Source: Methanobacteriota archaeon
GTDB taxonomy: Archaea; Thermoplasmatota; Poseidoniia; Poseidoniales; Thalassarchaeaceae
DNA length: 64,000 nucleotides
Assembly (NCBI GenBank): GCA_018650285.1
Contig: JABIGF010000002.1
Coordinates: 57,991 to 121,990 of the forward strand
Direction of reading: 5' to 3'
Below, in pieces: positions 26,618 to 36,641 of the stretch. Numbering within the stretch: position 1 is the first letter of the stretch; each line of letters opens with the position of its first letter. The notes under the pieces were generated by a model. It had not been told where the DNA came from. It did not search any database and saw nothing but the letters and a program-made list of their open reading frames with translations. A program made the translations under genes and the position numbers.

Positions 26618-29600
26618 GTGAGGTCAGATTTCTCAACACTTGTGGAGCCTCTTCAACGGCTTGCAAAAGAACGCGGATGGAAACCGACCCCCATTCAAGC
26701 GGCCTCACAAACACAACTTCTAGCAGGTACAGATTCGTTACTCATAGCCCCTACTGGCAGCGGCAAAACAGAAGCTGTAGTCATGCCACTATTAACAAAA
26801 GCAATAGAAGAACAATGGGATCCGCTTTGCATCCTTTACATCACCCCACTAAGAGCACTGAACCGAGATATTGACCGGCGAATTGCTGAACTTGCAGAGA
26901 TATGCAACCTTCGTTCAGATGTACGGCATGGAGATACCACACAATCTCAAAGAACGAAACAATCACGAAACCCTCCACACCTTTTGGTCACCACACCAGA
27001 GACCTGCCAACTTCTACTATTTGGCAGCCGTCTAAGAGAAGGTATGCGAAATCTGCGTGCGGTAGTGATTGACGAAGTTCACGACTTAGCAGCATCTGAA
27101 AGAGGGGCACAATTGAGTGTGGCATTGGAAAGAATTGACGAGTTATGTGGTCGAAGAGTTCAGAGAATTGGTTTGTCAGCCACAGTTGGTAATCCAGATG
27201 AAATGGCTGGTTGGTTATCTCCTACTGCTGTCGCTTGTAATGCTCCAGCACCACGCCTAGCGGAACTTGAAGTCGTTACTGAACCACCCACCTCAGAAGA
27301 TAGAGCATTATCACTAGAACTTCATGTCTCACCACGTGGTTTGGCAGCTCTACGTTGTCTTGCTTCAAAGGTAAGAGAAAGTGCACCTTGCCTCATATTT
27401 GTTAATTCACGACATACGGCTGAAACAGTGGCTCAGCGGATTTCCAAACTTGATAGTGAACTAAACATCGGTGTTCATCACGGCTCATTAGCAAGAGAGA
27501 CTCGTGAAGAAATGGAATCCGAATTACAAAAAGGAAATCTGCACGGACTCGTTTGTACCTCAAGTCTAGAACTTGGAATTGATGTTGGTTCAATAAAACA
27601 AGTTCACCAAATCCAATCACCTAGAGCAGTTGACCGCCTACTGCAAAGAGTGGGTCGAGCAGAACACACCCTAGGTGGAACCTCACGAGGGATGCTACTA
27701 AGTTGGGAGCCGGATGATATCGGTGAATCTGCAATTATTGCTCGACGTGCTATGGCTGGTGAACTAGAGGGCGTTGAATGGCGAAGGAAACCGATTTCGG
27801 TAGCCGCTAATCAACTCATACTTACTGCAATTGCTGAAAAGATAATTCCACTAAACTCGGCTGCAACTTTGCTTAGACGAGCCCCGCTATTCACAGATAT
27901 TGAGGATAGTGAAATCTTAGAAATTATCTCAATATTAGATGATAGACGATTGCTAAAACTTGTTGAAAAGCCTACACTTTCTGACCCAATTGATTGGCCA
28001 CCAATTCTTTGGGAAATAGCCGCACAGTCTAACAAAGACCTACCCGAAAAGCGACCTTCAAGAGAAGAATTAGCTGTTCTCAAAGATGAACAACGCGACA
28101 AGTGGTCATCTGCTTTACTCACAGCCCTACCCAAACACCTCGCAGATGGTTGGTTTTCTCCAGGCTCAAGAAGTCGCCACTACATGCTTAGCAACCTCTC
28201 TATGATTGCTGATGAAACACGCTATTCTGTTCGAGATGCTGTTACTCGAAGAGCATTAGGAAATGTCGATGAAACTTTTGTGTTGTCACTAGATTCTGTT
28301 GGTGGAGAAGAGGATGGGTCTCCTCGTCGATTTGTGATGGCTGGCAGAACATGGCAAATTATTGATGCAGACCCTGAGAAAAGTGAGTTACTTGTTGCTC
28401 CAGTTTCTGACCAAAGTTCTGCCCCAGTATGGGCTGGAGAATTACCACCAGTCCCAGCAGATATTGCCCGTGAAGTTGGCAACCTAAGAGTAGTGATTGC
28501 TAAAGAACACGGCTGGAATATTGAAGATTGTTTAGATGAAGATTTTGGTGCTAAAGTAAACGCGTGGATTATTGGCTTACCTGAACATAAACCACTCTTG
28601 GAATATCCCTTGTCAGACCATTCACTTGGGACATTAACGCAGAGTGTTGCTGAACACTTGGATGCTGCAGGTTGCATCCCACATTCACGGCTATTAACAA
28701 TTGAAGCAAGACGAGATGCACTCGTTCTCAACTGCTGCCACGGTAGCAGAATAAATGCCGCTCTTGCTCACTTCTTACAAGCGATGGCATCAACAATAGA
28801 TGGAAAGAGTGGCCGAGTAATTATTGACCCATACAGAATAACTCTACAAGTTCCAGCGTTAACTGCGGATTCTATGGTCACTTGGCTAACTGAAACTCCC
28901 CCAGATGCTTTGAGAGACATTATGCGACTTACTATTCCTAATGGGAGAAAATTGCGCGCACGCCTTGTTCAAGTATGCAAAATATTTGGAATTCTACATC
29001 GCGGGATTGATCCACGACGAGTCAACTTACAAGGTATCATCAATCGTTACCGTGGTACCGTTGTTCTTGATGAAGCACTTGACAAATTATTCCATGACCA
29101 AATGGATATTGAAGGGACCATATCGCTGTTAGAAGCAATTCAATCAGGTGGCGTAAAAATTGAGCAAACAGCATCAGGGTCATTAGGGATTTCACCTCAA
29201 AGTGAAAGAGACTTATTACTACCAAATTGGTCAGATGCTGAAGTTCGAACTCGTCTAGAAGAGAGATTAATGAATGAAAGAGCAGTATTAATTTGTCTTG
29301 TTTGTGCAACTCGTATTAGAACTAGAGTAGCAATGTATGGGGCGAAACACACTCACTGCGAATGTGGTGGAAGAATGCTTGCTGCTGCACGCGAAGGGCT
29401 TGAAGAAAGATTGGCTGAATGGGTTGCTTCAGAAGATACGGCTGTTCGAGCACGCATGGAAAAGAATGCGCATCTTGTTCGACAAAGAGGAATTGGGGCA
29501 CTTGTATGCCTAATGGCAAGAGGAATTGGTGAAGAGACCGCCTCACGAATTCTAGCCAGAGTTCCGAAAGACGAACATGAATTGATGCTCAAATTCATAC

Positions 29601-29647
29601 ATGAAGCCGAACTCAATTATGCGCGAACACGGCGTTTTTGGGGATGA
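26618..29647 (+). CDS. lhr: Lhr-type large DEAD/DEAH-box helicase
   Basis: 1009 aa with a GTG start. Motif I APTGSGKTEA, ITPLRALNRD, motif II DEVHD, SATVGN, a second RecA lobe (VCTSSLELGIDVG, QRVGRAEH), a long DEAD-associated-like region, and a C-terminal Cys cluster CLVCATR...HCECGG (Zn ribbon). Confidence 0.8.
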   Translation: MRSDFSTLVEPLQRLAKERGWKPTPIQAASQTQLLAGTDSLLIAPTGSGKTEAVVMPLLTKAIEEQWDPLCILYITPLRALNRDIDRRIAELAEICNLRSDVRHGDTTQSQRTKQSRNPPHLLVTTPETCQLLLFGSRLREGMRNLRAVVIDEVHDLAASERGAQLSVALERIDELCGRRVQRIGLSATVGNPDEMAGWLSPTAVACNAPAPRLAELEVVTEPPTSEDRALSLELHVSPRGLAALRCLASKVRESAPCLIFVNSRHTAETVAQRISKLDSELNIGVHHGSLARETREEMESELQKGNLHGLVCTSSLELGIDVGSIKQVHQIQSPRAVDRLLQRVGRAEHTLGGTSRGMLLSWEPDDIGESAIIARRAMAGELEGVEWRRKPISVAANQLILTAIAEKIIPLNSAATLLRRAPLFTDIEDSEILEIISILDDRRLLKLVEKPTLSDPIDWPPILWEIAAQSNKDLPEKRPSREELAVLKDEQRDKWSSALLTALPKHLADGWFSPGSRSRHYMLSNLSMIADETRYSVRDAVTRRALGNVDETFVLSLDSVGGEEDGSPRRFVMAGRTWQIIDADPEKSELLVAPVSDQSSAPVWAGELPPVPADIAREVGNLRVVIAKEHGWNIEDCLDEDFGAKVNAWIIGLPEHKPLLEYPLSDHSLGTLTQSVAEHLDAAGCIPHSRLLTIEARRDALVLNCCHGSRINAALAHFLQAMASTIDGKSGRVIIDPYRITLQVPALTADSMVTWLTETPPDALRDIMRLTIPNGRKLRARLVQVCKIFGILHRGIDPRRVNLQGIINRYRGTVVLDEALDKLFHDQMDIEGTISLLEAIQSGGVKIEQTASGSLGISPQSERDLLLPNWSDAEVRTRLEERLMNERAVLICLVCATRIRTRVAMYGAKHTHCECGGRMLAAAREGLEERLAEWVASEDTAVRARMEKNAHLVRQRGIGALVCLMARGIGEETASRILARVPKDEHELMLKFIHEAELNYARTRRFWG

Positions 29648-29720
29648 ATCAAAATTCTTGGTTGAATTAATTTATTCTTGAAAAACGGTAGGCATTTGAA
29701 CCACAGTCACTTCCGTTATT

Positions 29721-30269
29721 TTGATGTTAATAGGGATAACCGGTCGCAATGCCTCTGGGAAAACCACCATAATTGAATGGTTCAAAGAAAATGAATTTGG
29801 AATAAACTCATGCTCAGATTCAATTCGTAACTGGCTAAGATCTAACAATCAAGATATTACAAGAGACAACCTAATTGATGGTGGAAGGAAACTACGAGCC
29901 ATGGGTGGTCCAGGAATATTAGCAGAGATGTTACTTGATACGATTGAACCGAATAGCAATCATGCTATTGATAGCATACGAACTCCTGCAGAAGTAGAAG
30001 CATTAAGAAAAAGAGATGATTTCATTCTCATTGAAATTAGAGCGCCGCGAGAAATACGTTGGGAGCGGCTAGTTGAACGCGGCAGAACTGGTGATGCAGA
30101 GAATTTTGAGCAGTTTGTTGCTCAAGAAGAATCAGAATTAATTGCTCACGATGAAAGTGGCCAAGCACTCAATGCAACCGCTGACTTGGCTGATGTTGTA
30201 ATTCACAATAATGGCGATGTTGATGATTTGAATCGACAACTCAAGATATTCATGGAAGAATATTCTTGA
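29721..30269 (+). CDS. P-loop nucleotide kinase-fold protein (UPF0200 / CoaE-dNMP kinase-like), paralog of 5108..5662
   Basis: 182 aa, with the ATG at 29724 the likely start. IGITGRNASGKTT P-loop, IDSIRTPAEVE, RGRTGDAE lid-like segment. Confidence 0.55.
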   Translation: MMLIGITGRNASGKTTIIEWFKENEFGINSCSDSIRNWLRSNNQDITRDNLIDGGRKLRAMGGPGILAEMLLDTIEPNSNHAIDSIRTPAEVEALRKRDDFILIEIRAPREIRWERLVERGRTGDAENFEQFVAQEESELIAHDESGQALNATADLADVVIHNNGDVDDLNRQLKIFMEEYS

Positions 30270-30290
30270 AAATTAACTACATTCCTATAG

Positions 30291-30554
30291 TTAATTTCCA
30301 TATTTAGCCACTAGGGCTTGTTCATTTCTGCCTATTGTCATTATCAAGAAAAAGGCACCAACTACATTACTTATTGTAAACACGGTATCAATAATTATGG
30401 TAATAAGAAAATTATCTGTGATTGCGGGAGCGATAAAGAAATGGGTAACCGGTACCATTACTAATATTCCTAAACCCAAATATAATGGTAAAATTCTTTT
30501 AAAACTGCGCATTGCTTTGATTGCTTGAGCGGGGTCATAATCTGGGTTATCCAT
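30291..30554 (-). CDS. Small two-TM membrane protein (hypothetical)
   Basis: 87 aa with two clear hydrophobic helices (ILPLYLGLGILVMVPVTHFFI and VFTISNVVGAFFLIMTI). It starts 9 nt downstream of the dCMP deaminase gene. Confidence 0.4.
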   Translation of the reverse strand: MDNPDYDPAQAIKAMRSFKRILPLYLGLGILVMVPVTHFFIAPAITDNFLITIIIDTVFTISNVVGAFFLIMTIGRNEQALVAKYGN

Positions 30555-30563
30555 ATTAATCTC

Positions 30564-31058
30564 TCATTTTAAGTCGCCGCGAGGGTCCTTTGGACCCTCT
30601 GTTCTTTGCACGACTACGCCATGATTTTCAAGATAAGACACCCCATTTGCTCCACCAAAACCACCGTCAACAACGATTACTCTTGATACGCCTGAGTGAT
30701 GAATCAATTTAGCACACATCATACAAGGCTCGCCTGTAACAATTAGCCAAGCGTTCTTTGTCGGTACACCATTGGCTGCTGCATTACAAATAACATTCAT
30801 CTCTGCATGATGGCATCCAACTTCAACCCTAGTTCCTGAAACGACTTTTTCGGTGTCTCGCAGACATACATCTCCACCGCATAATTTCCCACCGCCTCGT
30901 GGGCCACCATTGTAACCATCCATCAAAATGACATTTCGTTCAGGGTCTACAAGAAGAGAACCAAATTTTGCTCTAGGACAGTTGCTTGCTTTCGCTAAAG
31001 CAAGGCATTGCTCAATGCGGATTTTTAGATGCTTCTCCTTCACTTCTACCGCCGACAA
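30564..31058 (-). CDS. dCMP deaminase / ComEB-type cytidine-deoxycytidylate deaminase
   Basis: 164 aa. Zinc motifs CHHAEMNVI (H-A-E) and PCMMCAKLI (P-C-x-x-C). Confidence 0.85.
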   Translation of the reverse strand: MSAVEVKEKHLKIRIEQCLALAKASNCPRAKFGSLLVDPERNVILMDGYNGGPRGGGKLCGGDVCLRDTEKVVSGTRVEVGCHHAEMNVICNAAANGVPTKNAWLIVTGEPCMMCAKLIHHSGVSRVIVVDGGFGGANGVSYLENHGVVVQRTEGPKDPRGDLK

Positions 31059-31130
31059 TTGGAATCGTAGCAGGTCAACCCTATGATGATGTCGTCAAGC
31101 AAGTTGCTTTGCTTAACGCCAATAATTGAA

Positions 31131-32642
31131 TTATGTCCAATGCTTCCCATCCTCCGATGAACGTAATGTTGTCATCGCTTCAACAGTATCTAAGCCAAAT
31201 GATTTGAGAAGATTTCCTACAAGATATAGTGAGCCAATTGCGAGAATTGGTATATTGGCATCCTGTTGTGAAATTTCTAATGCCCTATGTATAGCAGAAT
31301 TAGGATCAGGGATTCTCTCAATTGCTGCAGAAACTCCTTGTGATTCTAATTCATTAGCTAATTTAGTAACTGAAATTGCCGGCCTTCTCCCTTTTTTAGG
31401 CTCAGTTACAATAATGTGTTCAACTTCACCTTCAACTATTAATTCTACAATTGGATTAAGAAATGCTACCAAATCAGTCTGTGGTGTGCATCCTAATACT
31501 ATGACTCCTGGAGTAGGGGCTTCATCCGATTCCATCTGTAATCGCAACTGATTACACATCTTTTCCATTCCACTTGGATTATGTGCGGCATCCAATAATA
31601 TCGGGACATCATGATGCTCTATCCATTGCACTCTTCCAGGCCAAACAGTATGAAGAAGAGCGCTTGGTATCATCATTGCCGCCTCACGGCAACCTAGCAA
31701 TGTTAATGCGGCATGAGCCAATATTGACGCTTCCTTATGATAAGGAGACCAATCACTTGGCATTGCGATATTTGGTATTGGCCTGTGACTCTCATCAGCA
31801 TCATCAAATCGTAATATAAGCGCCCTATCAGGGCGCCACCAAAAGCCCAATGAATGGTCGCTAACAGCGTCCTTAATTGCTTTTCTAGCCTCATTATCAT
31901 AGGTCCATTTGGCTAGAAATATTTCACCAGGCCGAGCAATAGCTGCCTTCTCAGCAGCAATTTCACCTAAAGTAGAACCCAATACATCGGTGTGTTCTAG
32001 AGCCAACTCAGTAAGAACACAACAATCCGCATGCACCATTCGAGTTGAGTCTAATCTACCACCAAGACCTGTTTCAATAACTGCACGGTCAACTCCAGCA
32101 TCGGCAAAAGCCAACATAGCAACCAAAAAAGTGGCCTCATAAAATGTTGGCATTGTAACTGGTTTTATTTGTGCTACATCCCTTATTCTTTGAAGATGCA
32201 AATCAAAAGATTGTGAAGAGATGGGTACTCCGTCTACTCTAACTCGTTCTTCTACAAAACAGAGATGTGGAGAAGTGAATAAACCGCAATTTACTCCAGA
32301 AAGTGATAAGGCATTGGCAATAATCACGCTTGTAGTGCCTTTTCCATTACTTCCAGCAACATGAATTGAAGGAAATTTTAGGTGAGGCATCTCTAGTCTG
32401 GCTAGCAGTACCCCAGTTGTCTCAAGATTTTGACGCATTCCAAGTGTTTTTAATTCCTGCAACCAAACTCTAACCTCACTCACCAAGACCCGCCTCCTTA
32501 ACCGTCTTGGGACCCTCTCTTTGAAATGGGTTTTCTCTCTCGCCTTGTGCATGACAGAGCAGAGCCGCCTCGCTTCAGTGATGAATGAGATGGCCGACCA
32601 ATGGCGCTCAATGGGTGGCATGGCAGTAATGTTTGTTGGCAC
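31131..32642 (-). CDS. folC: Folylpolyglutamate synthase / dihydrofolate synthase (Mur ligase family)
   Basis: 503 aa as the longest ORF. HVAGSNGKGTT P-loop, ETGLGGRLDSTR, LDAAHNP. The first ~30-60 codons overlap the divergent gene at 32521. The true start is probably internal, for example M31 at 32552 or later. Confidence 0.8.
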   Translation of the reverse strand: MPTNITAMPPIERHWSAISFITEARRLCSVMHKAREKTHFKERVPRRLRRRVLVSEVRVWLQELKTLGMRQNLETTGVLLARLEMPHLKFPSIHVAGSNGKGTTSVIIANALSLSGVNCGLFTSPHLCFVEERVRVDGVPISSQSFDLHLQRIRDVAQIKPVTMPTFYEATFLVAMLAFADAGVDRAVIETGLGGRLDSTRMVHADCCVLTELALEHTDVLGSTLGEIAAEKAAIARPGEIFLAKWTYDNEARKAIKDAVSDHSLGFWWRPDRALILRFDDADESHRPIPNIAMPSDWSPYHKEASILAHAALTLLGCREAAMMIPSALLHTVWPGRVQWIEHHDVPILLDAAHNPSGMEKMCNQLRLQMESDEAPTPGVIVLGCTPQTDLVAFLNPIVELIVEGEVEHIIVTEPKKGRRPAISVTKLANELESQGVSAAIERIPDPNSAIHRALEISQQDANIPILAIGSLYLVGNLLKSFGLDTVEAMTTLRSSEDGKHWT

Positions 32643-34725
32643 TATATTGCTCTCAATTTACATTCAACCGTTTTGGGACCGCCCTGAATCTAGAGCATTT
32701 GGAGAGGCTGGAACAACCAAAGTTGGATTGATTGGACTAGAATTTATTTTAATTCTGGTATTCACTGCTCTAATCATATGGTTGGCAAAACGAGGATTAC
32801 AAGTTATCATCAAATGGGGTGTTCTATTCATTCTATGGATTTCACTATCATACGCAATGATTCCACTTGCATCATATGCGATTGATATACCTCAACCAGA
32901 TGTAGATTATAGAGATGAAATGGCTTTAGATGCAGAAGTGCTATTCGTTGATCTCGACCCTTCATCATTCATAGTTACTAACGGAACTCATCTCATAAAA
33001 ATGAGTGAACCTAGTGGAATTGATAATGGTACATCTGCAGTAGAGGAATGGAATTTTTCACTCTATCGAGATGGAGGTTATCCTGGTGACGGAATAGGAA
33101 TCATAGATAATTTGGAAACATATGTAATGTGTGATGGCAGCCGTTGGCAGGAATTTGACAAATCTGATGGCACTCCATTAACAAGTCATGTCGATGTTTC
33201 ATGTGTTGAAGGATTTTCATCTGGAGATAACGACTGGGCTATCTATAACAAATATTTACAGAAAGTTGACCCATTCCATCCAAGTATTCCAAGCCATAGT
33301 TGGGCATATAATCTGCCAGAACAATTCAATTCAGGAGAATTTATTCAAGGAAGCATGCTAAATGAAAATACATTATTGCTAGTCTCTTATGGGTGGGCAG
33401 GCGTAATTGAAATACCAGATAGTCAACATAATGGCGAATTTGGTGATGTTAACGCTACCATTCTTTGGCAAACATTCCCTGATTCAGGCGACGCCTTTAG
33501 TGCATCCACCTTTGGCTATTCCCCTTGGAGTGGATACAATTGGTGGAATGCAAATTCAACCGACAGGATGTTAATGCTTGGAACCGAAAATGGACAACTC
33601 TACGGCTATGTTTGGGATGGCACAGAAATGAATGTTGAAAAACATATTAAATTCAATGAAAATGATGCGTTTGATTCTGTTATTCAAGGCATCATGCTTG
33701 GCGATGACCAGCGCGATGGAAGAATCGATGTGTGGGTTGCTAGCGGTGGCCAAACCCGTATGTTTTCAGGTTGGGTTATGGTTGAGAGTTTAACTATTGA
33801 AGGACCAGTTTCACAAGGCCCAATAGATATGATACTCCATACAATTGATGCACCAGCTTGGGATGAAATTGGCATTGAAGATGGAATCCTTACATCTTAT
33901 ACAGTAAATACATCTCATAGTGCAGTAGTAGCCACTCCCGTTAATCAACCAGCATTAATTCTACAAGATTCAACTGGTTATTGGATTCCTATTTACTGGT
34001 CTCAAATCATCGCATTAGTAGCATCAACTATCCTGATGATTGCTCTAACTATTAGACCAGAATGGTATGTGGTAAATACTACTGGAATACTAACTGGTGC
34101 AGGTGTAATCACAATAATTGGTGTTAGTTTTGTACCAACGCTCATAGTGATTTTCATGGTTGTTGCCGCGGTATACGATTACTATGCGGTTTACAAATCA
34201 AAACACATGCTAGATCTTGCCGACACGATGATTAGTCTCAAGCTTCCAATCCTGTTAGTAGCACCTCAAGACAAACAATACTCTTTCTTAGACGAAGGAG
34301 AAGATACCATGAGTAGAGTGGAAAATGATGTCGCTCCTAGTGCAAATAAGAAGGAGCGTAGCAAGAAGAGTGATGATGGTATACCTATGGCACCACCACC
34401 TTCTCCACGCCCAAAGAAGAGTGGAGGAGATGCCTTATTCATGGGTCTTGGTGATGTCATATTCCCTGGAATGCTAGTCATTTCAGCCCTTACCTTCCTT
34501 CCATCTGGTAGCACTTTCATGGGACTCGACGAGCCAATGTTTGTTGCTATCGGAACTTTGATTGGTGGCCTTATTGGCTACTTTGTACTAATGGGATATG
34601 TTGCCATGGGACGACCTCAAGCCGGTCTTCCATTATTGAATGGAGGAAGTATTCTTGGCTACCTAATCACTGGACTGCTTGCTATTGGAACAGGAGCCTT
34701 GTCCTTTGGCATTACAATATTCTAA
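32521..34725 (+). CDS. Presenilin / signal-peptide-peptidase homolog (A22 GxGD intramembrane aspartyl protease) with a ~370 aa extracellular loop insertion
   Basis: 734 aa as the longest ORF; the true start is likely M21-M34 (32581-32620). Catalytic motifs VAAVYDYYAV (YD, TM6) and FMGLGDVIFPG (GxGD, TM7), separated by a basic loop, with a PAL-like QAGLPLL near the C-terminus. Three N-terminal TM helices are followed by about 370 aa of soluble sequence (including DGRIDVWVASGG, FG-GAP/propeller-like) before the next TM. Confidence 0.7.
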   Translation: MKWVFSLALCMTEQSRLASVMNEMADQWRSMGGMAVMFVGTILLSIYIQPFWDRPESRAFGEAGTTKVGLIGLEFILILVFTALIIWLAKRGLQVIIKWGVLFILWISLSYAMIPLASYAIDIPQPDVDYRDEMALDAEVLFVDLDPSSFIVTNGTHLIKMSEPSGIDNGTSAVEEWNFSLYRDGGYPGDGIGIIDNLETYVMCDGSRWQEFDKSDGTPLTSHVDVSCVEGFSSGDNDWAIYNKYLQKVDPFHPSIPSHSWAYNLPEQFNSGEFIQGSMLNENTLLLVSYGWAGVIEIPDSQHNGEFGDVNATILWQTFPDSGDAFSASTFGYSPWSGYNWWNANSTDRMLMLGTENGQLYGYVWDGTEMNVEKHIKFNENDAFDSVIQGIMLGDDQRDGRIDVWVASGGQTRMFSGWVMVESLTIEGPVSQGPIDMILHTIDAPAWDEIGIEDGILTSYTVNTSHSAVVATPVNQPALILQDSTGYWIPIYWSQIIALVASTILMIALTIRPEWYVVNTTGILTGAGVITIIGVSFVPTLIVIFMVVAAVYDYYAVYKSKHMLDLADTMISLKLPILLVAPQDKQYSFLDEGEDTMSRVENDVAPSANKKERSKKSDDGIPMAPPPSPRPKKSGGDALFMGLGDVIFPGMLVISALTFLPSGSTFMGLDEPMFVAIGTLIGGLIGYFVLMGYVAMGRPQAGLPLLNGGSILGYLITGLLAIGTGALSFGITIF

Positions 34726-34774
34726 GAAATGAGTGAGTTAAAGAGAATAGATATTATCAGCGAGGTGAATAGAA

Positions 34775-36058
34775 ATGTTAGACATCAAAATGTTTCGTGA
34801 CCACGCAGATGTCATTCGTGCTGACCATGACAAAAGAGGAATTGCTCACGATAGCATTGACGAAGTAATCCGTCTTGATGAAGCGTGGAAGAAAACTCGC
34901 TACGATGCTGACCAACTCAGACGCCAACGGAACCAAGCGGCGAGAGGAATTGCTGAGGCAAAGAAAGCGGGCGATAGTACTGAAGCCGAAAGAATCCTTG
35001 CAGAAGTTGCAAGCCTTGGTGACCAAATTGACGAACTTGGCATTGAAGCAGATAACCTAGTCAATTCACGCGACACATTGCGTATGAAAATTCCAAACAT
35101 TCTCCACCAAAGTGTACCAGTTGGTGAAAATGAAGATGGGAACACATTACATAGCAAACATGGAGAAAAGGGTGAATACACATTTACTCCTAAAACACAC
35201 AACGAATTAGTTGATCAAAACAATTGGGTCGACTTACCACGCGCTGCCAAAATTGCTGGTAGCCGTTTCTACTTCCTCAAGGGAGACCTTGCCCGTATGG
35301 AATTAGCATTACAGCAGTATGCAATCGATTGCCTAACAGCAAAAGGATACACATTTGTTCAACCACCTGTAATGATGAACCGTTCTGCATATGAAGGCGT
35401 CACCGACTTAAGTGACTTTGAAACGGTCATGTACAATGTACAACCAGAAGGATTCTACACGATTGCTACTAGTGAACACCCACTCACTGCAATGTTCATG
35501 GATGAAGTGATTGAACCATCAATGCTACCTCTGAAAATGGTTGGAGTCTCACCATGTTTTAGACGCGAAGTTGGCGCTCATGGGCAATCAGATAAGGGAA
35601 TTTGGAGAGTTCACCAATTCACAAAGATTGAACAAATCATTATTTCAAAACCTGAAGATTCATGGGAATTACACGAAGAACTGCTCACTAATTGTGTAGA
35701 ACTATGGGATTCACTCGGACTGCATTATGAAGTTGTGAATATCTGTACAGGTGACATGGGAACTGTAGCGGCCAAGAAATACGACCTAGAAGCATGGCTT
35801 CCTGGTGTAGACGCCTACAAAGAAGTGGTTTCATGCTCTAATTGTACAGACTATCAAGCAAACCGACTTAGAATGCGTTACCGAACTGCTGAGGGGAATG
35901 AAGCGGTCCACACTCTAAATTCAACCGCTGTTGCAACAAGCCGAGCGCTAGTTGCTATTGTAGAGCAAAATCAAATGGAAGATGGATTAGTTCAGATCCC
36001 AGAAGTCCTTCAACCCTATATGCAAGGTCAAAAAGTACTACAATCATGTAAATGGTAG
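34775..36058 (+). CDS. serS: Seryl-tRNA synthetase
   Basis: 427 aa. N-terminal coiled-coil arm (MLDIKMFRD...), class II motifs FRRE (CFRREVGAHG), TGDMG, and LNSTAVATSRALVAIVE. Confidence 0.95.
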   Translation: MLDIKMFRDHADVIRADHDKRGIAHDSIDEVIRLDEAWKKTRYDADQLRRQRNQAARGIAEAKKAGDSTEAERILAEVASLGDQIDELGIEADNLVNSRDTLRMKIPNILHQSVPVGENEDGNTLHSKHGEKGEYTFTPKTHNELVDQNNWVDLPRAAKIAGSRFYFLKGDLARMELALQQYAIDCLTAKGYTFVQPPVMMNRSAYEGVTDLSDFETVMYNVQPEGFYTIATSEHPLTAMFMDEVIEPSMLPLKMVGVSPCFRREVGAHGQSDKGIWRVHQFTKIEQIIISKPEDSWELHEELLTNCVELWDSLGLHYEVVNICTGDMGTVAAKKYDLEAWLPGVDAYKEVVSCSNCTDYQANRLRMRYRTAEGNEAVHTLNSTAVATSRALVAIVEQNQMEDGLVQIPEVLQPYMQGQKVLQSCKW

Positions 36059-36076
36059 TAATGTTGCCACGAAATC

Positions 36077-36108
36077 CCAATTGGAAAATTAAATTTTCAA
36101 TTGAAAAA
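36077..36108. terminator. AT-rich stem-loop with flanking T/A runs between convergent serS and the carboxylase operon (candidate bidirectional terminator)
   Basis: CCAATTGGAAAATTAAATTTTCAATTGAAAAA. Positions 36078-36090 can pair with 36091-36103 (about 10 bp including one G-U). There are oligo-T runs on the minus strand and oligo-A on the plus strand. It contains two tandem copies of YCAATTGRAAAA. Confidence 0.4.
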
Positions 36109-36121
36109 TAAGGCTCCGATA

Positions 36122-36640
36122 TCACTCGGCGCTATCAATTTCAATGAGAACTGTTCCTTGTTCTACTTGATCGCCTTCAGAAAAATGAATTGCCGAGACA
36201 ACACCATCAACTGGAGAACAGATTCTATTCTCCATTTTCATAGCTTCAAGAATTAGAAGTGTTTGCCCTTCATCAACTGATTCACCAACAGAAGTCATAA
36301 CTGTCAAAATCTTACCAGGCATTGGAGAAGTTAATCCACCCATTTGGTCAAATGTATTGACCGCCCCCCTCTCTACGACAGAAACCTTGGAAGTATTTCC
36401 ATCATGGAATACCCACCATACATCGCCTACTTTGACAAGTATCATGCGTTCACTTCCTTCACCACGTTCAAGAATGATTTCTTCATTCTTTGATGTCGGT
36501 GATAATTGCCAACTTGAAAGGTCCAACAATTCACCTTCAACTTCAACATGAATTGGTGAATAACCTGCAACTGAATCCATTACTGCAACATCCCACTTGC
36601 TGTCGTCAGAATGATTGATGAATTCCGTCATAATATGCAC
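36122..36640 (-). CDS. Biotin carboxyl carrier (BT-like + biotinyl domain) subunit of acyl-CoA carboxylase
   Basis: 172 aa. C-terminal biotinyl domain with LILEAMKMEN (the A-M-K-M biotinylation motif). It starts right after the biotin carboxylase stop. Confidence 0.8.
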   Translation of the reverse strand: MHIMTEFINHSDDSKWDVAVMDSVAGYSPIHVEVEGELLDLSSWQLSPTSKNEEIILERGEGSERMILVKVGDVWWVFHDGNTSKVSVVERGAVNTFDQMGGLTSPMPGKILTVMTSVGESVDEGQTLLILEAMKMENRICSPVDGVVSAIHFSEGDQVEQGTVLIEIDSAE

Positions 36641-36641
36641 C

